64,000 nt of DNA from Octopus sinensis (GCF_006345805.1 NC_043004.1:38006001-38070000); one strand, 5' to 3'. Positions 12,649-26,600 are shown, numbered from the stretch's first letter. The notes: generated by a model from the sequence alone, not told the origin. Numbers and translations are program-made.

Positions 12649-13805
12649 GTTGCTGCTGCTGCTGCTGCTACTACTACTTTTAATTATTTTTATATGGTTC
12701 AAATCACGCCGAGTTCTACTTTGTGGTCAATAAATTAAGTAGCAGTCAAGTGGTGGAGTCGAATTAATCGCCTGTATCACATGCTAAAAAATTTGCCGCC
12801 TTCTGCCTTTGTGATATAAATCATTATTTTTATTAAATGCAATGATCACCTTAAGGAAGATGGATGACGTTCCTTTACATTCTGATTTCAAACTCCCATC
12901 GGTAATATAGGAATCATTCAAGTACTAGGCCGATCTATTCGTCTACATCCCTCCCTCAGCAAATATGTTGTATATACTTATGCCATAAACTTATTGGCAA
13001 AATCATTAGAGTGTGGGAGAAAATTCCTTCGATGTGCTTGCAATTTGACACCTGGAAAGGCAAGCCAATGCCAGCCGATGTCGATTTTTATCGGCAGATC
13101 GAGGGCCTACTAGAGGCGCTTCGGGTATGGTTCCTACCAGACCTCCTGGTGGATAAGCACTAGGAACAGTTTACGAGCAGGGTAGCAAACTCAGTCAGAG
13201 ATGAGCTAAGAGGACATTTACTCTGACAGGTCGGTTGGAAGTATACTATCACGTGTCAGTCGAACGCTTTCCGAAGAGATATCGCCGGAATGCACAACGT
13301 TCTTTTTTTCCTGTTTATCATGGAAGCGATCAAAAAGATGAAAAATAAAATTAACTTCGGAAGCATTTGAATTCAAAACGTAAAGCCGAAAGAATTGTGT
13401 TAAACATTTTGTCCGGTGTGCTAACAATTCTTCCAGCTCGAAAAATGGCAACAGGAATAAAACATTTTAAAGCAAAACATATTTGCTAATTTCATAAGAA
13501 ACTCCTCCAACCGGGACGAAAGGTCGGCAACTGGAGATTGAAACCCAGGTACTGAAGCAATATACTTCTAATAATCAATGGTATCACGTGACACGCACGC
13601 ACACAAACACAAATACACACACACATGTATGTATGTATGTATGTATGTATGCATGTATGCATGTGTGTGAATATGTGTGTATGTATGTATGCATATAAAA
13701 GGAAATCAGAATAAAATAAGTGCAGAAAAGCTAGTAGGAAAGGTATCCTATGTATGTATGTATGTATGTATGTATGTATGTATATATATTATTATATATT
13801 ATATT

Positions 13806-13836
<31 letters not shown>

Positions 13837-13852
13837 TTTATATTTATATATT

Positions 13853-13886
<34 letters not shown>

Positions 13887-13907
13887 ATGTATATATATAT
13901 GTATGTA

Positions 13908-13978
<71 letters not shown>

Positions 13979-14400
13979 ATATATATATATATATATACAT
14001 ACACACATACACACACATATATACATGTATGCAAATGTGAGCATGTGTGCGGACGGCATAGGACATAATTTGACAAAAGTCAAATGAAAGAACTGTGACT
14101 ACAACAATATAAGCAGCCTGTAAGGATTTGATTGGATTAGATCTCTTTAGTCTTTGAGAGGGAGATCAGTGTGAGATCTGGTTCTGGTTTGGTCTAGTAG
14201 GTCACTAAGTGAAACAGCTTGACATTGTAATCAATCATTAGCCTTCAGTTGTAAAGTATGATGACGTAACGACAATATAAAAGGCAAAGAGCTAATAATG
14301 AGATCATACAAGAAACTGGTGACCTACGCGTGATGGAGTGCGAATAAAAAAAAAAACACAAACATACAAATAATGTTTGAGAAAAGACATACAGAAAGCT

Positions 14401-14444
<44 letters not shown>

Positions 14445-14450
14445 GAATAA

Positions 14451-14482
<32 letters not shown>

Positions 14483-15917
14483 TATAATATTATATATATA
14501 TGTATATATATACATACAATATACATACATACATACATACATACATACATACATACATACATACATACATACATACATGCTTGCATACATACATGCATGT
14601 GTGTGTATATGTGTGCATGAATATTACCAAAGGAGAGACAGAATGGGAAGGGATAGACGGACAGGTTACAGGGAGAGAATAAAATATATACCCCCTATTT
14701 TTTTTTTATTTACAGATCTCTCTAGCTACGTAGAGTTCATGAGGTTAGCTTACAGACATACTGTAGTGTGGTTGGCTACACAGACCATATATTTCTAGCC
14801 GCTTCTATGCGTTGTACCTTGGTCGGCAATACAGATCACAAATTTGTGATCTACACATCCAACTAGCTAAAATTTTTTGATATTCTATACTTATCCTTGA
14901 CCACTGACCTAATAATAATTACACTATCCGGACCCTATTTCGATGACTCAATCTGATTACTCCACATTCATACAACCCCATTCAAGATGTCCACTTGATA
15001 TCTGACCAGCAGTTTGAAATGTCTGAGCAGGTTTGGCATGGCTTTTGCCTGCTCTATCTACTCACCCCCACACAATTCCATCGCATCTAACATACCTTTT
15101 CAGACGCTCACTAGTAACATAAATTGAGAAGTTACCATGAACACTTTCAGATACTTGATGAAAGCAGTAGTTTTGCCCTTGCCAAGCATGGTCATCAATT
15201 TGTCTTAAAGTGCAGTCTCCACTGCCGCTCACAACCTGAGCGGTAAGCTGGTGGTCCTGGTTTATTACTTAGATCCATGAAATTCACACTTACCTCGAAA
15301 TATCAAGCTATCTGGTACAACAATGCCACTCCTTTTCCAAATACAAGCTGGCTAAAAGCTACTGCTGTTTAAAATTTGATCCTGTTTCCTTCCCGAACCA
15401 CATTTCCCCTGGTATCCCTTGGTATATTTTATTATTTTCTTTAGATTGCATATCGGTTTTTTAAAATTCTTTACTCTTTCCTTCGGCATCTGCTACCTTC
15501 TGTGATTAGGAGTTACCTTAAATATATTTATAATTTTCAGCCAAAATAACGATTGTAGTTAGCTTAAAAAATAATACTAATTCAGAAAACCGTTTAATAG
15601 GAATCGCACATAATTTCTTTATTGACGAAGCTTACTAAGAGAATAGTGTAAGAAATGAATGTAGATGCACAACTGGAGGTCATCGCCCCAAAACACAACA
15701 AGGAATCCAAATTTTTTGTGCGGCTTTCACAAGAGTTTCCCTCCGTGATGTAAAAATCAAAAGAAAGGAAAAAAATGGGCGTAGGCAATTTCTTCAACCG
15801 AACAAAAACGTCAATCCTTTCAAAAGCATTGACTTCTCAGATTTAACAAAATATGTTCAAGGGAAATGATTAATTTCCTATGACCGACAAGAATATATGG
15901 AGATGCTTTCATTACAT

Positions 15918-16147
15918 ATTTCTTTACTACCCACAAGGGGCTAAACACAGAGGGGACAAACAAGGACACACAAGCGGATTAAGTCGATTATATCGATCCA
16001 AGTGCGTAACTGGTACTTAGTTTATCGACCTCGAAAGGATGAAAGGCAAAGTCGACCTCGGCGGAATTTGAACTCAGAACGTAACGGCAGACGAAATACA
16101 GCTACGCATTTCACCCGGAGTGCTAACGTTTCTGCCAACTCGCCGCC
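15918..16147 (-). mobile_element. SINE family B, full length
   Basis: Reverse complement of the consensus. A more decayed copy follows at ~16330-16490. Confidence 0.85.
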
Positions 16148-17280
16148 TTTCATTAGTGTTGGATCATTCACTGCTTACTCTCACACTTCTATGGCATGAT
16201 CTTGCAAGAAATATTAGAAATATTAGAAAAGTATCTTCTTCTTTGCATCCATCTACTCAACACTGTGCACAATCAGAATTGACTTGAAGTTAACAACTTA
16301 TATAACCTAGGCAGTAATATATCCTTTCTCCTATAAGGACAAGGCCTGACATTTTTGGTGGAGAGGGAATCTTGTCGATTACACCGATTCCGAAAGAATG
16401 AAATGCAAAGTCGACCAGGCGGAATTTGAAATCAGAGAACGGACGAAATGTTGCTAAGTATCACTTCGTTTATCGTGCTAACCATTCTGCCTACTTAACC
16501 TAGGAAGTAAGATAAGTAATATGTCAGCATGAATCAATAAGGGAGTCTCTGCGTAGACGCTCAACATGTAAGAAATAACAGGCAACCCTCTATGAAATGA
16601 TATCATCGTTACGAAATAGAAGAGTCACCACACTGCATAATGTTGTCGTCATTATGCAATATCCGAAAGATGAATGGGTTGGCTCACGAATTATTTTATA
16701 ATTAAGCACATGTCCATAAATTCATAAAAACATTTAATAAAATTAAACCTTTCTTGACATCAGCATCATAAAAGGAGTTAAGACACCAAAAAGAAACTTG
16801 TTGACACTTGCCATTGGAATCATACGGCCACAGATCGGGTACCTGATACTTGTTTTGAACTGTAACATCACTTTTTGAAGCGAGCAAACCCTCAAACCTG
16901 TCCCACCATTTATTGAAAATAATCTCAAGTTTCCGATTTCTCTCACCTTCAAACTTGAAGAATAATACAGGAGCTCGTTGAACAATCAAATATTGTTTCT
17001 TTGCATTGTCTATGATATTTTGTCATTTCTTCGTTTAACAAAGTGCCCTCTGCATTCACCAAACATGACCGCAATATCCGGAATCTGGGACAAACTTTTT
17101 GTTATTTCCAATATTTAAAAAAAAGGCGTATATATTTTATCACGTAGTGAGCATACATAAATATACATTGGCTGATTGTAAAACAAAGCATACAGGATTA
17201 AGAAGCGAAAGAAAAACCGTATGTTGCGCTGGCGCGTATGTCAATATATGTATATTTTTGTATCTGTACTTATGGCTGCA

Positions 17281-17332
<52 letters not shown>

Positions 17333-17640
17333 TATATATATATATATGTGTGTGGTGTGTGTGTGTGTGTGTGGTGTTGTGTGTGGTGTGTGTGTGTGTG
17401 TGTGTGTGGTGTGTTGTAAGTATGTATGTATGTATGTATCTATATTATCTATCTATATCTATCTATCTATCTATACACACACACACGTTTGTGTATGCGC
17501 ACACATGTGTGTATAGATCCAAGTATGTGTGTGTGATAGTACTTTAGTCTATCGCTTTTGAATCACATCGGAAAATCAACTGCAGTATTTGTTCTCAAAA
17601 ATATAAAAAATTACTTAAATACACTTTTATCTTAAAATAC

Positions 17641-17713
<73 letters not shown>

Positions 17714-17715
<2 letters not shown>

Positions 17716-18579
17716 AGGTGCAGTGAATAAATAGTCGTCTAAATTACACAAAAATGAAATAATACTGACATCTTATTTTAACAGATATATTTACCAAAAT
17801 TACAGGAAAATATCTTGAGATACTTAGCAGTAAATTTAGTTAATAAAATCATCATTGACTTCAATCACGGCCTCCAGACGACTTCGGAATCTTCAGCAAC
17901 TCTTCTGGATGGTCTCCTTGTTTAAGTTGGTAAATGCTGTCATAATCCTTGCCTTCAGTTCATTTTGGTGTTACGAGGAGTTTTGTTGGTCTCTCGCTCA
18001 ACTGAGCCCCACACGTAATAATCAAGTGGGTTACAGTCTGGGAAGTTAAGTGTCCAGATGTTAGGGGTGATCTGGTCGCAGAAATTGTTTGACAGCCATG
18101 ACTGGGTTCTTCTGCTTGAGTAGCATGGTGCAAAATACTGTTGCCCGATAAAGGGTCTTCCAGCAGCCACCCTCTTGACCCAGGGCAGCACTACCTCCTC
18201 CACGTACTTGATGTATGCTTTCGTGTTGTGTGTGAGGCTGTATGGGAAGATGAATGAAGGCATACCTTCGCCTTCACTAGTGATCACTCTAACGTTGACT
18301 AGATATTTGAATTTTATCACTCTCGGTACATGTTTTGGGGACTCGGCAAGCCTCAGATTGACACCGAAACTCTCTGAAATGTTCATATTGGAATTTGGAA
18401 CTTCCTGTGCGAATGCCAAGCAGTGCAGTATGTCGCTTCCAAATTTCTGGCTGAGTGAATTGCGTCATTGTGCTGTTTTTCTCACAGACGGTACCCAACT
18501 GTCCCTACTATACTAAACAAACAATGCAGATGCTCGAAATTAAAAAGTAAAAATGGCGACAGTTACTCATCTCACCCTG
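17714..18579 (-). mobile_element. Decayed Tc1/mariner DD37D (maT-like) transposon
   Basis: Translates QQ[Y]FAPCYSSRRTQSWLS...PDCNPLDYYVWG (37-residue spacing to the last D) and ELKARIMTAFTNLNKETIQKS..RFRSRLEAVIE. One end is TA|CAGGGTGAG.. at 18579, with a degenerate counterpart near 17714. Confidence 0.75.
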
Positions 18580-18591
18580 TATATATATATA

Positions 18592-18742
<151 letters not shown>

Positions 18743-18995
18743 GTGTGTGTGTGTGTTGTTGTGTGTGTCTGTGTGTGCAGACATAGACACAAGTATACTA
18801 ACAACAAATATGAATTATATGAATCAGTTTCTTCAATTGAATGAACTAAAAGTTTAAGGGGGTCTGAACAAACTACCTGCATCAATTTTAATTAAAAGCA
18901 GGTAGTTAAAATTACCTTATATTTGTTCTTAGTGTACTTAATGTAAGTTTTGAAGAGTGCAGTTCGATTTTAACAGTTATTTTTTCAAAGCTATA

Positions 18996-20028
18996 ATGAA
19001 AGTAACAAAGGAGCAGATTCAGAATATTTTGCTTGATAAGTCCAATAAAAACAACAAAGCAACGGAAAGTGCGAAGAATATTAATGCAGTATATGGGGAT
19101 TGGACATTAAGCGTAAGCCAGTGTCAAGGGTGTTTCTAGAAATCCCAAGCCAGAAATTACAGCCCAGAAGACGCGCCTCGTCCTGGAAGATCTGCGAAGC
19201 TCGACGAGGACCTCCTGCAAACCCTGGTGGAACAAAATCCCATCGTAGTTGTTGAGGAAGTAGAGGAAAAACTTGGAGTTGGTGATTCATCGATTCATCG
19301 ACACCTTCGTGCCATCGGAAAAGTCAGCAAATTGGTTCAATGGGTTCCTCACAAATTTCCGAGTCTAATCACGCGCAGAGAATGAATGTGTGCCCTTCTT
19401 AGTTGTCACATAACATGAATGAACCTTTTTATGGACCGAATAGGGACTGGTGATGAGAAATGGGCCCTCTATAAAAATGTCATGCGTTGGAAACAGTAGG
19501 TAGGGAAAGAATAAAAACACCGGCACCCTAGGCTAAAGAAGGTCTTCACCCATGCAAGGTGAAGTTAATTGTTTGGTGGGGTATGGAAGTTTTAGTCCAC
19601 TTTGAACTTTTAAACCCCAACCAAACGAAAACAAAGGACATCTACTGCGAGCAGCTTGAGCGGCTTAAGTCAGCGCCAGAAGTAAAACGACCATCTTTGG
19701 TTTCAAGAGGAAAGGAAGTAATTCCCTCAGGATAATGCCCGGTCACATACAGAGAGAATGACATTCCAAAGGCTAGAGCAGATTGAATTGGAAACGATAC
19801 CCTATCCACAATATTCGCCGGACATTGCCCCATATGATTATTATTCATTCTGTAGTCTTCAAAATAATTTGGACGGGAAGAACACGAATTCTGTAGACGA
19901 GGTCAGAACAGTGCTGGAGGAGTACTTTTCGTCACGGACAAGTGAATTTTGGAAAAGGGACCTTTACAAGGCAACTAGATAAATTGAAGAGCCTTGTAGA
20001 AAATGAAGGAGAATATATTTTAGATTAA
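18996..20028 (+). pseudogene. Mariner (DD34D) transposase pseudogene
   Basis: Translates MKVTKEQIQ..., PRPGR, QWVPHK, TGDEKW, QDNARSH-(34 aa)-YSPDIAPYDYY and ..EGEYILD*, with several stops and frameshifts. TIRs were not confidently found. Confidence 0.88.
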
Positions 20029-20088
20029 AAAAGAACTTTGTCTCAATTTGGAAAAATAAAAGAAGTATATTTATGGAATGATTGAATG

Positions 20089-20124
<36 letters not shown>

Positions 20125-20510
20125 CCAATTAAGGACTGAACACGAAAAGTGGACAGTCAACATGCTAGATATAGACGTCAAATCGCCATTCACCACAAAA
20201 GATTATGTTCTCAGATCAAACTCAACACAAAACCATAGCAATAAACAAGTGAAAAATATACGAATATATATTTCGTATATTTTTCACTTGTTATTGCTAT
20301 GGTTTTGTGTTGAGTTTGATCTGAGAACATAATCTTTTGTGGTGTTGAATGGCGATTTGACGTCTATATCTAGCATGTTGACTGTCCACTTTTCGTGTTC
20401 AGTCCTTAATTGGTATATATAAATATTTAATCTTCGGATTCTTTTTTAATATGCTAGACACTGGTCTTAATTGATAAATATCAATTTCTACCTTAATTAA
20501 TTATATATAT

Positions 20511-20571
<61 letters not shown>

Positions 20572-20574
<3 letters not shown>

Positions 20575-20946
20575 ATATTATAAAAGTGAAGTTGTGTGAG
20601 TGTCTGTCTCCTTCGATTTAGATTCCTAACTACTCCCACATCTTTGGCGGTGCAGTTTAGTTTAACCAAAACCGGGTATCTTATAGTCGGGATTCATATC
20701 GAGCCCTTCTGGGTATTAGCGCGCGTCTATAATGAGTCTACGATTAAAAAAAAAATTACCATCATTTTCTTTCATTTTAATGCATTTTTTTCGCTATTAT
20801 ATAAGGGAAGTAACTCTCTAAAAATGTCTACGATGAGTCAACCATTTTTAATGCATTTTTTTGCTATTTTTTGGCTATAACTCTCTAATAATGCTTATAT
20901 AGTTATTTCCCTTACAAACCCGAGCAACGCCGGGCGATACTGCTAG
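20572..20946 (+). mobile_element. Non-autonomous Helitron
   Basis: 5' end A|TCTATATTATAAAAGTG.., 3' hairpin CCCG-agcaacgc-CGGG (20919-20934), then CTAG|T at 20943-20947. Inserted at AT with no TSD. Confidence 0.8.
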
Positions 20947-21017
20947 TATATATATACAAATATTCTATAATTATAAACATAATTAATTAATCAATTTTAC
21001 CCTTTTATTATTAATAT

Positions 21018-21052
<35 letters not shown>

Positions 21053-22168
21053 GCACACTTCCTGCTCATCTTCATTCGTAGGAAGCAGATGACCTTGTAA
21101 ACCATCTTTCAGCGGTTTATTTTAATTTTGAAAAATAAAACAAGTATAAAAATCTGCATTATTTATGGGATGATCCAATACGCGTGCATACACACGCACG
21201 CACACACACACACACACACATACATACACACACACACACACACACGCACGCACACACACACACACGCACACACACACACACACACACACGCGCGCGCGCA
21301 CACACATTATGTTGAAGATATTTTCTTCAAATCCTTCAATTCTATGTATGTACATATATTTAGTAGATTGTTGAGATTCATTTATATTTTCCACAATTGT
21401 GTTGATGCACCATTTTCTATCAACAGTAAAACTGTCCGCAAAATTGCTGCCACGGGTATACTAGTATATACATACATACATACATACATACATACATACA
21501 TACATACATACATACATACATACATACATGCATACATACATACATACACACACACATACATACATACATACATACACACATACATACATACACACATACA
21601 TACTTACATACACACATACATACATACATACATACATACATACATACATACATCATACGTACATACATACATACATACATATTTATATATATATATATAT
21701 GTATGTATGTATGTACGTACGTATGTATGTATGTATGTATGTATGTGTGTGTCTGTGTATGTATGTATGTATGCATGTATGTATGTATGTATGTATGTAT
21801 ATACTAGTATACCCGTGGCAGCAATTTTGCGGACAGTTTTACTGTTGATAGAAAATGGTGCATCAACACAATTGTGGAGAATATAAATGAATCATCCCAT
21901 AAATATAAATGAATCATCCCATACATACATACATACATACGTACGTACATACATACATACATACATACATACATACATACATGCATACATACATACATAC
22001 ATACACACATACACATACATACATACATAATACATACATACATACATACATACATACACACATACATACATACATACATACACACATACATACATACATA
22101 CATCCATACATACATACATACATACATACATACATAGATACATACATACGTACATACATATATATATT

Positions 22169-22199
<31 letters not shown>

Positions 22200-22539
22200 G
22201 TACATACATACATATATATATATATGTATGTATGTATGTACGTATGTATGTATGTATGTATGTATGTATGTATGTATGTATGTATGTATGTATGTATGTA
22301 TGGATGTATGTATGTATGTGTGTATGTATGTATGTATGTATGTGTGTATGTATGTATGTATGTATGTATGTGTATGTGTGTATGTATGTATGTATGCATG
22401 TATGTATGTATGTATGTATGTATGTATGTATATACTAGTATACTCGTGGCATCAATTTTGCAGACAGTTTTACTGTTGATAGAAAATGGTGCATCAACAC
22501 TGCCATATATATATATATATGATAGATCGCCATGATAGA

Positions 22540-22706
22540 TCGTTAGCCACATTTTTTTCTCTCCTTGTTTTTTCTGTGTCCCTTTCTGTAGAAGAGCGTA
22601 GGCTGGAAACGTAAAAGACTTCTTCTACTCCTGAGCGTTATACTAATACATCTGTTTGTTTTGTACACCACCTGTCTTCGTCTTTTGTTTTTTCGTAAAC
22701 TCTCCC
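22540..22706 (+). mobile_element. Second copy of the variant-HHR repeat
   Basis: CTTT-CTGTAGA(22586-22592)-a-GAGC-gtag-GCTG-GAAA-CG-TA^AAAG, with a 4-bp stem I. Confidence 0.65.
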
Positions 22707-22847
22707 TATATATATTATATATATATATATATATATAGTCAAATCCAAAATAATCGAACATTGAATATAACAATAACAAACCAGCAAGGGGACGTGCACA
22801 TAGAATGTATTGGTATGACGTTCGATTAAGGTGGGAAAAAGAGATAG

Positions 22848-22884
22848 TTTCTGACGTTTCGAGCATAGCTCTTCGTCAGAAAGG
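22848..22884 (-). ncRNA. Minimal hammerhead ribozyme, canonical core
   Basis: Minus strand reads ttt-CTGACGA-a-GAGC-tat-GCTC-GAAA-CG-TC^aga, with a palindromic ACGT stem III and only about 3 bp of stem I. Confidence 0.65.
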
Positions 22885-23633
22885 AAAATGGAAAATTCGA
22901 TAGAATGAAAAATATATATGCCGGTGTATGTGCACACAAATATATGTGTTTGTGTGCATTTATATGTACACACACACACATACGCTCAGACACACATGTA
23001 TGTATATTTTTTCTTGGAGTTTTACTTAAGTTCTTATTAGACTTCAAACCCGCCTCTAACAAAGTGATAGAACTTATTGAGTTTTTAAGTATGTGGTTGA
23101 ATCGGTGTGTTAGTTAAGCTGTCGATGCCCACAACGAAGTGTGTGCTTCTATTAACCTAAAATATTTCAGATGGTGAAACTCTGAAATGTTTTACAAATC
23201 TTCAAAATATTATGTGCCACATTGTATTTTTATTGAAGCTAAGATTTCAAACTCTGAATTACTGAATTTCTGATATTCAATAATAATTCGAAGATCGGTG
23301 CCATACGCATGAAACTAGGACAACGTAAATTGTGTGGTTAACTGCAGGATGAACACGAACTGCAATTCAAAGAGACATTCTCATTACACTGTGTAACGTT
23401 GAGTCTAAGTCTGACTGGGTCTTCTGCGAAGAATATATGAGCTTGTGGGATGCCTACCTACATAGCTACTTACACAATAGTTTAATGAACAGTTCGGTTG
23501 ATATTCTTTATCGAAAGAATTGTAGATTTGTTACACAAACGAGTGCTCACCCTTAACCCCCTCACGCACACACGCACACACCCATATATATTATATATAC
23601 ATGTATGTATATATATATGTATTATATATAAAT

Positions 23634-24022
23634 AGGCGTAGGAGTGGCTGTGTGGTAAGTAGCTTGCTTACGAACCACATGGTTCCGGTTTCAGTTTCAC
23701 TGCGTGGCACACTGGGTAAGTGTCTTTTACTATAGCCTCCGGCCGACCAAAGCCTTGTGAGTGGATTTGCTAGACGGAAACTGAAAGAAGCTCGTCGTAT
23801 ATATGTATATATATGCTTGTGTATGTATGTGTTTGTGTATCTGTGTTTGTCCCCCCAACATCACTTGAAACCGATGCTGGTGTGTTTACAAGCCCGAAAC
23901 TTAGTGATTCGGTAACAGAGACGGATGGAATAAGTACTAGGGATCGATTTGCTCGACTAAATGCGGTGCTCCAGCATGGCCACAGTCAAGTGACTGAAAC
24001 AAGTGAAAGAGTAAAAGGGTAA
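23634..24022 (+). mobile_element. SINE family A, full length
   Basis: aggcgtaggagtggctgtgtggtaag...gaaacaagtgaaagagtaaaag. Confidence 0.85.
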
Positions 24023-24109
24023 CAGATATATATATAAAAAAAATGCATATATATATTTATATATGCATATATATATAATCCATAGATTTTAAGGGTTTTC
24101 ACTCCAATA

Positions 24110-24155
<46 letters not shown>

Positions 24156-24179
24156 ATATATATATATATATTATAATAC

Positions 24180-24707
24180 AATTAGTAAATAAATGGCACA
24201 ACTAAGTACCGATATTTACTGGAAATAGCGAACGTAAAAATACGACGCTAATGTGTAGCTTCACCGCGTATGTATTAGCAAAATGCGTGTGTGCAACAAA
24301 ATAGAGAAAAAAAACCGTCTTACCTCCAGGGAGAAACATCTGAAAGAGATGAAACACCGGGAAAATGGATAATGTGGTACCTGCAGGTTTCAGGTTTTGC
24401 AATATGTCTCTCACCCATATTTTGCTTACCTTCTTCAGCCAAACATATACAAAGACGAAATCTACGATGTTACCACATTAATACTAACACACTCGACTGA
24501 AATACGGAACGACCTAACAGTACGAGAAACGGTGAAGAAGTTTCAAATATCAGTAATGCAATACAAAGTATTGCTTTCAGTAAAAAGTAGCCCGTGAGGG
24601 AAAAATACACAAATTAGTAAATAAATGGCACAACTAAGTACCGATATTTACTGGAAATAGCGAACGGTAAAAAACGACGCTAATGTGTAGCTTCACCGCG
24701 TATGTAT
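24180..24707 (-). mobile_element. Retrozyme/pLTR-like element: 432-nt monomer plus 96-nt terminal redundancy, containing an HHR
   Basis: Direct repeats 24180-24275 and 24612-24707 (offset 432), an HHR at 24372-24444, and (TA)n on both sides. Confidence 0.7.
24372..24444 (-). ncRNA. Type I hammerhead ribozyme, canonical core
   Basis: Minus strand reads ttgg-CTGAAGA-AGGT..ACCT-GAAA-CCTGCAGG-TA^ccac. Stem III is the perfect palindrome ACCTGCAGGT (24379-24388). Predicted cut between 24378 and 24377. Confidence 0.75.
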
Positions 24708-24720
24708 GTATATAGTAAGT

Positions 24721-24773
<53 letters not shown>

Positions 24774-24803
24774 AATATATATATTATATATATATATATA
24801 TAT

Positions 24804-24853
<50 letters not shown>

Positions 24854-25453
24854 TTGGAGTGAACAATACCCTTTAAAATATATGGATTACTATACCCTGA
24901 GAAACGGCCGTAAGAGTACTACCACCAACAGTTTATCTAAACAGGATTACTTATTTTCTTTGATTATTTACATATGCCTTTTGAAAAATCTAATCTCAAC
25001 GCTACGATTCTTCTTTATTCGCTCTTTTTGTAAGACTTTATTTTATTCGCCTTTCCGTAAGGGCATATTTATTCTTAAACAGTTTTTATAACGCCATTCT
25101 ACAACGCCTTTTAATATGATTGTAATTGTAAATGTCCCTGTTTATATCTTTATACATCTATACTTTTATACATCTACGCTTTTATAACTTAATCCCATTC
25201 GTCTATTTATATAGGTACATTAAATTTTTATATATTTATGTATTCACAGAATTTTAATGTTTTAATAATATTAACGATTGATACATTTGTATATCGAAAA
25301 ACTGATATTCATCGATCCATAATGAAATATATGTTTATATAAATTGTTGGACCTATTTGAATTCTCTTTAACATTTTTTATATCTTGCGTCTCCGGCTTA
25401 TATGTGAGCATTTCAAACTACTCCCTTACAATACACAAAGTAATTTTACTATG

Positions 25454-25561
<108 letters not shown>

Positions 25562-25827
25562 TGTATGTATGTATATATATATATGATAGATAGAAACATA
25601 GAGAGATATATAGATAGATATGTAACTTTCATAATCTCCACGTTACTGTCAGCAAAGTGTCTACCTACGAGGGCGGTTCTCGGCTGTCAACATCGCTTAT
25701 ATTATATTAATAACAAAAGACAGAGAAAAAGTTACATCGATATATGTTGACATAAGTTCATGATTTTTTTTCCGACTCTCTAGGAATGCAGTGTACAATG
25801 TTGTTGCCGGCTGTCACCTCGAACCTT

Positions 25828-25918
<91 letters not shown>

Positions 25919-25927
25919 GTCTGTCTT

Positions 25928-25998
<71 letters not shown>

Positions 25999-26257
25999 GT
26001 CTGTCTGTTTAGGTAGGTATTGGTATGTATGTGTGTGTGTGAGTATGAGAGTGTATGTGAGTGAGTGTCATATAAATTTCTAAAATTCATTATGTAAATA
26101 ATTGACTGAAAGTTGCTTTTTTAGTTGAACTGGGTTGCTACTTTTATCTCAATATTCAATCGGTATTTGTGTGTACATCATGTACCTTATACAGTTGATA
26201 TATATATATTAGTTATGTGAAATATGTGTGTTTGTGTGTGTATACATATATATGTAT

Positions 26258-26600
26258 ATATTGTAGAAGAATTTGGGCCATATACCTCCTTGACATATGA
26301 TTGGAGACCCATGGTGTTATTTCTATCAGCTGCTTCTTGTGCCTTTTTTGCTCTATCAATCCACCATTTCTGTTTAATTTTCCTTAGATCAGTCTGCACT
26401 TTCTCTTTCAGCTTCCTGTAAGCTTCGTTTGAGTTGAGGTTCAAGGACTGAGAAAGAAGTTCATTGCCTAAGTTTTTTTGTTGTTTTTTTTTCTAAAAAT
26501 AGATCCTGAATTTCTGCTGATTTATCTGAGAACCAGTCACTGGACTTACGCGATTTAAATTCCACTGACGAACTTGCAGCCTGAAATACTTTTGTTTTGA
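26258..26600 (-). mobile_element. RTE-clade LINE fragment (APE-RT linker)
   Basis: Translates KSSDWFSDKSAEIQ..KVQTDLRKIKQKWWIDRAKKAQEAADRNNTMGLQSYVKEVYGP, matching the RTE/BovB-type DWF..W..A..AAD..K.VYGP linker. Confidence 0.65.

Noticed and set aside
16702-16989. 95-aa ORF (..NKWWDRFEG..)
   Set aside because: No motif I can assign; no splice or start context.
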